Both the position numbers and the translations under genes were made by a program. A DNA stretch of 43,316 nucleotides from a virus: the IMG/VR virus record IMGVR_UViG_3300016672_000064, one strand, 5' to 3'. Within the stretch, counting starts at the first letter, position 1; every line of letters starts with the position of its first letter. The notes under the pieces are model-generated. The model was not told the DNA's origin. It made no database searches and worked only from the letters and a program-made list of their open reading frames with translations. Of this stretch, positions 26,883-33,019 are shown piece after piece.

Positions 26883-27597
26883 GCTTCCGTGCGGCCGCGA
26901 TCATGGCGGCCACGTTCTCGGTGACGTCGTGCTCGACCTTGTCCTTGAACATGGCCAGATGTCGCCCGATGAGCTCGATGGCCTTGTCCTGGTCGCGCAT
27001 GAGCACCTGCACGCCGTCCTTGGTCTGCTTCACGCCGGCGTAAAGGCGACGAGCGGGGCCGGACAGGTGGCGCGTGTCGGCTAGGTGGATGCGTTCGACA
27101 CCCTCGCCAAAGCACTCAGGACAGTCCTCATGGGGCTCGCGGCGCGGGTCGTAGCCCACACCCCCAGCCTCGTCGAAAACGCGCGGCTGGTGGCGTTCTG
27201 GGTCTTTGCGCTGGCGCTCCAGCTCGGCAGCCTCGTGGGCCGCTCGATCGCGCTCCATTTCGGCCGGGGTCCGCTGGTAGCCGAACAGGTTGCCATGGCA
27301 GTGCCGGCAGCACCCGCGGCGGTGCTGGATGAGCTCGTTGGGGTCGGCGATCGCCAGCTCGACCAGATGGCGCAGCACCTCGTTGGCTTCGAGCTTGAGC
27401 TCGCGGGCCCGCTCGTCCTGCAAGGCCTTGACCGCAGCCTGCACGTCAGGGTCTTGAAGCAGGCGCCACGCCTCGACATCCGCCTGCGATCGAGCGTAGC
27501 CCGCGCGGATGGCGGCCTGCGTCCCGTTCAAGTCCTTGAGGTACTCAAACACGAAGCGCTGACGACGAGGGGGCAGTGCACTTGCAAAACCTTGCAT
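26869..27597 (-). CDS. terS: Terminase small subunit (Terminase_2 family) with Cys-rich insert
   Basis: RQRFVFEYLKDLNGTQAAIRAGYARSQADVEAWRLL plus CCRHCHGN...CPECFGEG. ATG at 27597 follows element E (alternative GTG at 27606). Confidence 0.85.
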   Translation of the reverse strand: MQGFASALPPRRQRFVFEYLKDLNGTQAAIRAGYARSQADVEAWRLLQDPDVQAAVKALQDERARELKLEANEVLRHLVELAIADPNELIQHRRGCCRHCHGNLFGYQRTPAEMERDRAAHEAAELERQRKDPERHQPRVFDEAGGVGYDPRREPHEDCPECFGEGVERIHLADTRHLSGPARRLYAGVKQTKDGVQVLMRDQDKAIELIGRHLAMFKDKVEHDVTENVAAMIAAARKRAGG

Positions 27598-27638
27598 GCC
27601 CCGCACTGTGCCCAGCGGTCAAGGAGTCAGGGGCACGG
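27598..27638 (-). promoter_or_regulatory. Late-operon element copy E (first late promoter candidate)
   Basis: Box 1 (cCGTGCCCCTGAC) at 27626-27638, box 2 (ACAGTGCGG) at 27601-27609. Follows the terminator directly. Confidence 0.6.
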
Positions 27639-27642
27639 GCGA

Positions 27643-27666
27643 CAAAAAACCCGCCGGGGCGGGTTT
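27643..27666 (-). terminator. Rho-independent terminator (minus strand; hairpin symmetrical)
   Basis: Minus strand: AACCCGCC-CC-GGCGGGTT followed by TTTTTTG. Ends the 27686-28175 cassette. Confidence 0.8.
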
Positions 27667-27692
27667 CAGGTCAGGTCAGGTCAGGTCAGGTC
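27666..27692. repeat. Pentanucleotide microsatellite (TCAGG)5.4 (CCTGA on the minus strand)
   Basis: Five perfect tandem TCAGG units at 27666-27690 plus tc. The last unit contains the TGA stop of the 27686-27862 gene. Confidence 0.95.
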
Positions 27693-27862
27693 TTGGCCTT
27701 GTCGATTTGGTGCTCCAGCCATTCGGTGCCCAGCGTTTTGAGCTTGGCCCAGCGTGCGTCGTCGAGGCGGACAGAGCGCGGGGGCTTGAGCGTGGATGCC
27801 TTGCGCTCGATGGGCACGGGAGGGCGCCCTCTCGGGCGCTTGGTTGTCTCAGGCGGCGGCAT
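27686..27862 (-). CDS. Small basic protein with AT-hook-like RPRGRPP and ribbon-helix-helix-like C-terminus
   Basis: Start taken at MPPPETTKRPRGRPP (ATG 27862); ...RSVRLDDARWAKLKTLGTEWLEHQIDKA. No clear SD, so the start is uncertain. Confidence 0.5.
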   Translation of the reverse strand: MPPPETTKRPRGRPPVPIERKASTLKPPRSVRLDDARWAKLKTLGTEWLEHQIDKAKT

Positions 27863-27932
27863 GCTAGATGGTAATGGTGGTAATGGTGGGCTCCTGGGTT
27901 TCAATCCACGCCCCCGGAGGGGCGAATGCGGG

Positions 27933-28175
27933 TCAGGCGTACAGGCCAGTGTCACGGTCACGGAGCGTGACGCATGCGAGAGTCGTGCCCTCCCACATCA
28001 GGTTGTCGGCCTGCACTTGGCCATTGTCGTAGGCGTCCGCGACTTTGCGGGCGCCGTCCTCGGACGTGGCGGCTACGAGGATGCTGTTCACGCCGTCCCA
28101 CTCGGTTGCTGCGTCGGCCTGGGTCACCTCGCCTTCGGCGACGAGGTACAGAGCCAGTGTGTCGTGGTTGCTCAT
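27933..28175 (-). CDS. Acidic 80-aa hypothetical protein
   Basis: Good SD (AAGGAG, 7 nt) and ATG. Own sigma70-like promoter upstream. Confidence 0.65.
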   Translation of the reverse strand: MSNHDTLALYLVAEGEVTQADAATEWDGVNSILVAATSEDGARKVADAYDNGQVQADNLMWEGTTLACVTLRDRDTGLYA

Positions 28176-28225
28176 GGTGGATCTCCTTTGGGTTGCTGGC
28201 CAGCACCGTGCTGTCCATGGAAATT

Positions 28226-28254
28226 AATGTACTACGATTTAATCGCGTCGTCAA
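28226..28254 (-). promoter_or_regulatory. Sigma70-like promoter (minus strand) TTGACG-17-TACATT with an 11-bp palindrome in the spacer
   Basis: -35 at 28249-28254 and -10 at 28226-28231, in a locally AT-rich stretch. The spacer contains CGATTTAATCG. Confidence 0.6.
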
Positions 28255-28257
28255 CGG

Positions 28258-28497
28258 TTATTTTGTAACACGCGAAAACACCTCTCGCCACTCGGTCGCC
28301 AGCTGCCGCTTGTGGCCCAGGCAGATCCGCCGGGCTTGCGACTTCGACACGTCGAACATCTTGGCCAGCGTGCCCCAGCCCAGGCCCGTCTCGCGCATCG
28401 CCAGCATGCGGTCCACGTCGGCGTCGGTCAGCTTGGCCTGCGGATGCGATTCGCCGACCCTGCGGTTTTTCTCGTTCACGCCGACGACCAGTTTCAT
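28258..28497 (-). CDS. Small HTH DNA-binding protein (79 aa)
   Basis: GESHPQAKLTDADVDRMLAMRETGLGWGTLAKMFDVSKSQARRICLGHKR. Start at MKLVVG (ATG 28497). Confidence 0.65.
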   Translation of the reverse strand: MKLVVGVNEKNRRVGESHPQAKLTDADVDRMLAMRETGLGWGTLAKMFDVSKSQARRICLGHKRQLATEWREVFSRVTK

Positions 28498-28566
28498 GTC
28501 CGGCCCCCGATCGTGCAAAAACTTGCAGGTTCTTCCAGTGTGTTGTTTTTTGCGTGCTCCAACTCA

Positions 28567-28733
28567 GTTGAAGCAGAAGCACCCCGCCAGTGCTTCGTTT
28601 CAACCCCCCGCTGCTTCTGCTTCAAGCACACACCACCACTAGAAGTGGTGTGTGTTGCAGTTGAAGCAGTGAAGACAGCTGCGCCAAGCTTCAAATGCTC
28701 CAAATGAAGCAGGTTGAAGCAGGTTGAAGCAAC
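28567..28733. repeat. Array of TTGAAGCA(G) repeats (direct and inverted) with nested palindromes
   Basis: Direct copies at 28568, 28661, 28704 (aTGAAGCAG), 28714 and 28724. Inverted copies at 28612-28625 and 28687-28694. The 14-mer TTGAAGCAGAAGCA (28568-28581) is inverted at 28612-28625. Imperfect palindrome at 28626-28658. Confidence 0.9.
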
Positions 28734-28749
28734 CAAACCGCCGGGCCGC

Positions 28750-28777
28750 TTGACAGCGTTGCAACACTCCGCACAAT
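28750..28777 (+). promoter_or_regulatory. Sigma70-like promoter TTGACA-16-CACAAT ending 7 nt before the ATG at 28785
   Basis: -35 at 28750-28755 and -10 at 28772-28777. Only AGGGGGT separates the -10 from the start codon. Confidence 0.6.
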
Positions 28778-28784
28778 AGGGGGT

Positions 28785-29198
28785 ATGACGCAAGCAACTT
28801 TCACCAATTCCAAGGGCCGTGTTTTCGTCGCCTTCGAGACCGTGCCCCACACGCGCATCGACGGCAAGAAAACCATGCTTCAACGCTGGCGTGGAACATG
28901 CGCGCACCCCGGGTGCGCCGCTGTTTTCGTGGTCGTCACGCCTTTGACCGTTGGCAGCACCAAGGCCTTTGAGCGCAAGCACTGCGACGCCCACAAACTC
29001 AACTGGCAGCAGATCCAGGCCCTGGGCCGTGCCCACCAGGCAAGCCGGGGGGCGAACCGCAGCCGCGTCCTGAGCGACGCCGAGGTGGCCGAGATCCGCC
29101 GCCTGGCGGGCGAAGGGCTCAAGCCCGCGGACCTGGCCCTGGTGTACCCGGCCACGGCTGGCACGCTGCGCGAGATCATCGCGGGCCGACGTCGTTAG
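28785..29198 (+). CDS. Cys/His-motif protein with C-terminal HTH paralogous to the 28258-28497 product
   Basis: CAHPGC...HCDAH, then GANRSRVLSDAEVAEIRRLAGEGLKPADLALVYPATAGTLREIIAGRRR, which aligns with the neighbouring HTH protein. Confidence 0.65.
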   Translation: MTQATFTNSKGRVFVAFETVPHTRIDGKKTMLQRWRGTCAHPGCAAVFVVVTPLTVGSTKAFERKHCDAHKLNWQQIQALGRAHQASRGANRSRVLSDAEVAEIRRLAGEGLKPADLALVYPATAGTLREIIAGRRR

Positions 29199-29203
29199 GC
29201 ATC

Positions 29204-29770
29204 TCATGCGATCACCATCCCGCGGCAGCGCGCCGCAACATCGAGCAGCCAAGCCGCGAAATCAGGAGGGGTGTGCTCTCTCTCTGCCTTAGTAAGGAAC
29301 TTCGCGCCAGTGCCGTTTTTCTTCGGGCGCACAACAAACTCAGGCTTGCCCGGTCGGTGCGGCATAGGGGGCAACGCGCGAACGTCAACCCCGCAGATGT
29401 AGAGCCATGTCTTTTTCTCTGCCTTGTGGCCCCAGCGGTACTGGCAGACCTCGATCGAGTAGCCGCCCCACAAGTCAGCCGGCTCGCCGGGCTTGGGGAT
29501 GCCGGTCTCCTTCCAGAGCGAACTGTGCGCGGGGTGCTCAAGGACGCCGCCCCACACTTGGATCTGCCAGAGCGCCCACACGGCAAGGAACTTCTCGTCG
29601 GGCCGCGGCTTGGCAAACTGGCGAAACCGGCCCCAGGCTCGGCAAGGTGGGTGTGCGACACAAGGTGCTCCGCCAGGCCACAGCCTTGCATCACGCTGGG
29701 CGTCCCACGCATCGACCCCGGGCACCGTTTTGTAGGTGCTGTCCTCGCGGACAAACAGGGCCGCGATCAC
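29204..29770 (-). CDS. C5-cytosine-methyltransferase-like protein lacking the SAM-binding Gly loop
   Basis: Motif order HPPCRAWG (IV-like), GGVLEHP (VI-like), CQYRWGHKAEKKTWLY (VIII-like), LTKAEREHTPPDF (IX/X-like). No FxGxG. GTGA coupling to the primase-helicase gene. Confidence 0.45.
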   Translation of the reverse strand: MIAALFVREDSTYKTVPGVDAWDAQRDARLWPGGAPCVAHPPCRAWGRFRQFAKPRPDEKFLAVWALWQIQVWGGVLEHPAHSSLWKETGIPKPGEPADLWGGYSIEVCQYRWGHKAEKKTWLYICGVDVRALPPMPHRPGKPEFVVRPKKNGTGAKFLTKAEREHTPPDFAAWLLDVAARCRGMVIA

Positions 29771-31731
29771 TCAGCCACCCCCACCTTGTCACCGTCGACG
29801 CGCAGCACGTTGGCCGCGATCAACGCATCAACGGCCCGGCCCACGTGGGCCCGCCGCTGGTCTCGCTTTCCTTGCTCGGGAGGCACCATCTGCTGCACCG
29901 AGTGCTCCAGCAGATCGGTGATCAGCACCGCCCCCGCGTCGAGCCCCATCAAGTCGTGCAGCACGCGCACCACGAGCTTCTGCACGTTGCCCTTGGCCTC
30001 CCCCTTGCGCTGGTGCACCGGCACGTGCTCGGTGTGCTCCACCACGCAGCTGGTGACTTCGTCGCCGTCCTCGTCCAGGCCCAGCGTCACGGGCACCAGC
30101 TTGAAGGGCAACTCCTGCCCCTCGCTGCCGTCCTTGAGCTTGGAGACCCGCATGCTGCGGTGGTCGCCCTCGCGCAGCACCTCGATTTCGACGTCGGCCG
30201 CGGCCTTGAGCCCTGACCAGCCGCGCGCACCCTTGGCCGCGTCCTTGCCGCTGTGGTGCACCAGCAGGATGAGCGCGCCAGTGGCCTGGTGCAGGCGCCG
30301 GCAGTGGGCCAAGGCCTTGCCCATGTCCTCGCCGCTGTTCTCGTTGGCGCCCGGCGTGGACTGAGCCAGGGTGTCGACCACGATGAGACTGGCGCCACCC
30401 CACGCTGCGACCTGCTTGGCCACCAGCTTGTCGTCGTGCGCCAGCAGGTTCGGCGCGTCCGCGATCACGCCCAGGGGCAGCGTGTCGATGTCGACCTGGT
30501 GCTGCCGTGCGTAGGCTTCGAGGCGCAGCTGGAAGCCTGCCGCGCCCTCGGCCACGATGTAGACCACACGCGCGGTGTTGACCCGGTGGCCACGCCACTC
30601 AGACGCGCCACGGGCCACCGCCATGACCAGGTCGAGCACCGCGAAGGTCTTGCCCGCGCCCGACTCACCGTAGAGCACCGCAAGCGCGGCCTGGGGCAGG
30701 AAGCCCTTGACCAGCCAGCGCAGCGGCTCGCGGCGCGAGAACTCACCAGCCTGCAGCACCTGGAAGCGCTCGGGCTTCGGGATGTCAGGGGTGCCGCTCA
30801 GGTCTTCGAACTCGCTGATGTCGGGCAGGTCTGCCCCCTCGGCCCGGCCCCACGCCAGCAACGACCTGGCAGTGATCGGGTTGGCGGTGCGCTTGCCGAA
30901 CGACTCCCACTTGCCCAGCCCGTACTCGCGGCTGGTGTACTTGGGCGACTTGCGGCTCCACTCGTCCCAGAGCTCGAACCCCTGGCCATCGGTCTCGTGG
31001 TGGATGGCCATGCCGACGCCGGTCCAGCTCGGGCCCTCGCTCGCTTCATAGGGCAGATCATCCGAGGGGATGGCGTCCAGGCACTCCAGCAGGCCGCGCA
31101 CGCCCATGCCCACCTTGATGGTCGGCAGGCTGTCCTCGACCTTGGTGCGGTGCAGCCCCTGCCAGATCGCCAGCAGCTCAGGCGGCAACACCTGCGGCTC
31201 GGACCAGTGGCCCACCAGGTCGTCGCCATACTCCCAGCGGTAGGCCTCGCCGGTCTCTGGGTGGATCGAAGGGGGCAGCACGTCCTGCAGGGTCAGGCCA
31301 TCGGCGGTCGCGCAGCGGAATTCAAGGCCCGCCTCCTTGGTCAGCACCTTGGAGGCGATCGGGGCCACGCCATCGGGCAAGCGATAAAGCAGCTTGCCCC
31401 GGTTCGGGCGGCCCGACGAGATCCGCACGGCCAGCGGGTGGGCCAGCAAGGCATCGAGGTCGGCACCTCGCTCGGCCAGCCACTCGCGTGCTGTCGGGAT
31501 GTGGTCGAGGTCGAGCGTGCACAGGCGGGAGTAGGCCAGCGCCAGGCCGACGTTTTCACGCACCCGGCTGCACTGCTCGGGCTGGGCGATGCAGTTGGCG
31601 ATCTGGTTCCAGCCCTTGCCGCTGGGGCCTTTGGTGCCCTTGGCAATGGGCACCAGCACCCAGCCCCGGCCCACGTACTGGCGCGCCGCCAGCGACACGT
31701 CGACATTGGTGGAGGAGGGCGCCGCCATCAT
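29767..31731 (-). CDS. Bifunctional primase-polymerase (Prim-Pol) fused to RepA/DnaB-like AAA helicase
   Basis: N-terminus GWVLVPIAKGTKGP...TLDLDH (Prim-Pol). C-terminus Walker A GESGAGKT and Walker B LIVVDTLAQS. Confidence 0.85.
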   Translation of the reverse strand: MMAAPSSTNVDVSLAARQYVGRGWVLVPIAKGTKGPSGKGWNQIANCIAQPEQCSRVRENVGLALAYSRLCTLDLDHIPTAREWLAERGADLDALLAHPLAVRISSGRPNRGKLLYRLPDGVAPIASKVLTKEAGLEFRCATADGLTLQDVLPPSIHPETGEAYRWEYGDDLVGHWSEPQVLPPELLAIWQGLHRTKVEDSLPTIKVGMGVRGLLECLDAIPSDDLPYEASEGPSWTGVGMAIHHETDGQGFELWDEWSRKSPKYTSREYGLGKWESFGKRTANPITARSLLAWGRAEGADLPDISEFEDLSGTPDIPKPERFQVLQAGEFSRREPLRWLVKGFLPQAALAVLYGESGAGKTFAVLDLVMAVARGASEWRGHRVNTARVVYIVAEGAAGFQLRLEAYARQHQVDIDTLPLGVIADAPNLLAHDDKLVAKQVAAWGGASLIVVDTLAQSTPGANENSGEDMGKALAHCRRLHQATGALILLVHHSGKDAAKGARGWSGLKAAADVEIEVLREGDHRSMRVSKLKDGSEGQELPFKLVPVTLGLDEDGDEVTSCVVEHTEHVPVHQRKGEAKGNVQKLVVRVLHDLMGLDAGAVLITDLLEHSVQQMVPPEQGKRDQRRAHVGRAVDALIAANVLRVDGDKVGVAE

Positions 31732-31991
31732 GCTGCCCCCCGGTGGATGCGCGCGATGGTGTGGAAGGCGGTCAGGATGACGGACTCAGCGCGCAGGTCA
31801 AACAGGCCCGTGCGCTGCGCTTGCAGCTCCCAAATCATCAGCGCGCAGCTGCTGAGGTAGCCCTCCAGCCACATGCGCGACTCGCGCCCCCCTGGCCACT
31901 GCACCGGCGGCAACTTCGGCCCCCTAACGCTAGGGAGACTCCCCCGCAGGGGGGTTTTCCCGCTCGACCAAACGACCGACAGTTCAGCCAT
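31728..31991 (-). CDS. Hypothetical early protein (87 aa)
   Basis: Coupled on both sides (ATGGCTGA with the cro-like stop, ATGATG with the primase start). No motif recognised. Confidence 0.45.
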   Translation of the reverse strand: MAELSVVWSSGKTPLRGSLPSVRGPKLPPVQWPGGRESRMWLEGYLSSCALMIWELQAQRTGLFDLRAESVILTAFHTIARIHRGAA

Positions 31992-32211
31992 GGCGCGCCC
32001 CCTTACTCGGCAGCACCACCAGACCCTGGTCGACCTTGTTGAAGTAGTCGATCAGCGGCTCGATGGAGCGCACCGTGGGGTTGCTTCGCTCGCCGCTTCG
32101 CAGCTTGCGGGGGAGATCAGGGGACACGCCTGCGGCGTGTGCGATGGCTTCCAGCTCGGCGTGCGTGTACGGCTCCAGCCTGGCCACCAGGGTGTTGAGA
32201 ATTTGGCTCAT
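31984..32211 (-). CDS. Cro-like HTH regulator
   Basis: 75 aa, divergent from the CI-like gene. AELEAIAHAAGVSPDLPRKLRSGERSNPTVRSIEPL resembles Cro/YdaS-type HTH. Confidence 0.55.
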   Translation of the reverse strand: MSQILNTLVARLEPYTHAELEAIAHAAGVSPDLPRKLRSGERSNPTVRSIEPLIDYFNKVDQGLVVLPSKGARHG

Positions 32212-32219
32212 GGGTCGGC

Positions 32220-32263
32220 AGTCTGCCCTTTAAAGGGTAGGCCAGTCAACCCGTTTACGGGTA
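32220..32263. promoter_or_regulatory. OR-like region: operators O1 (32224-32239) and O2 (32248-32263) overlapping the leftward promoter TTGACT-18-CAGACT
   Basis: O1 is TGCCCTTTAAAGGGTA and O2 is AACCCGTTTACGGGTA. On the minus strand, -35 at 32244-32249 and -10 at 32220-32225, 8 nt before the cro-like ATG. Confidence 0.65.
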
Positions 32264-32313
32264 ATAGCGCCGGAGCGACACGGCAGACTTGATCCCGCAA
32301 AAGGGAGAAGTAC

Positions 32314-32706
32314 ATGCCGCACAACGACAAAACAGGCTATTACGGGATCGCGGGCAACATGGACATCAGACAAATCCTAGCTACGAATTTGGCTGAGCTG
32401 CGCAAGAGGCACCCCCACCTCAAAAGCACGAACGCCATCGAGCGAGCGTCCGCCGAGCTGGACCCGGATCGCAAGATCGCGCACTCAGTCGTGCAACGAG
32501 TGTTCAACGGGAAAACCCCGTTCAACCTGGACGACCTGCAGACCTTGGCCGAGCTCTTTGGCCTCGACGCCTGGCAGCTGCTGGTCCCGCAGATCGACCC
32601 AGACCACCCGCCTGTGCTCACCAGTGTGGGCGAGACCGATCGCAAGATGTACGAGCGCATGAAGGCCGCCAGGGAGGCACTAGATGCAGTCCTCGGAGAC
32701 AAGTAA
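32314..32706 (+). CDS. CI-like repressor (XRE-family HTH, no S24 peptidase domain)
   Basis: IRQILATNLAELRKRH...SVVQRVFNGKTPFNLDDLQTLAELFGLDAWQLLVP. Good SD (AAGGGAGAAG). Divergent from the cro-like gene. Confidence 0.7.
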   Translation: MPHNDKTGYYGIAGNMDIRQILATNLAELRKRHPHLKSTNAIERASAELDPDRKIAHSVVQRVFNGKTPFNLDDLQTLAELFGLDAWQLLVPQIDPDHPPVLTSVGETDRKMYERMKAAREALDAVLGDK

Positions 32707-33019
32707 CCCCTACGACGCACTGGTGGCCGCCTCGCCAGTTGTCGAAGAACAGCCCAGCGCGGCCGTCGCGCTCGCCCCGCTGGGCCTGGCGCTCGTCATC
32801 TTGCTGCTGGCAGGCGCCGTGGTCTGGCGCAAGCGGGCCGCGCTGGCCCCCGGCCCGCTGGCCAGGAAAGCCGGCGGGGTGTTGCTGGCCCTGTTGACCA
32901 TCGTCTGGTTCCTGTGGTTCACCGGTAACCTCAACGACACAGAGGCCCAGGCCTACGCTGTCGGCCTGCCGCTCGCGGGCATCGGTTTGCTCGCCGCCTG
33001 GAAACTCACCCGGCAGTAA
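32684..33019 (+). CDS. Three-TM membrane protein co-transcribed with the repressor
   Basis: SD AGGGAGG 7 nt upstream. Overlaps the repressor gene by 23 nt. Three hydrophobic helices. Followed by a terminator. Confidence 0.7.
   Translation: MQSSETSNPYDALVAASPVVEEQPSAAVALAPLGLALVILLLAGAVVWRKRAALAPGPLARKAGGVLLALLTIVWFLWFTGNLNDTEAQAYAVGLPLAGIGLLAAWKLTRQ

Noticed and set aside
4866-27638. Sigma54 (-24 TGGCAC / -12 TTGC) reading of the late elements, because box 2 contains (T)TGC.
   Set aside because: No conserved GG lies at the required 10-nt distance upstream of the GC. The variable 16-nt spacer occupies the position where the -24 box should be. No enhancer-binding-protein (AAA+) gene is present.
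27666-28733. CRISPR-like array, considering the TCAGG tandem repeats and the TTGAAGCAG repeats.
   Set aside because: The repeat units are 5 nt and 9-14 nt, with irregular or absent spacers and mixed orientation. No cas genes are present. This is not CRISPR architecture.
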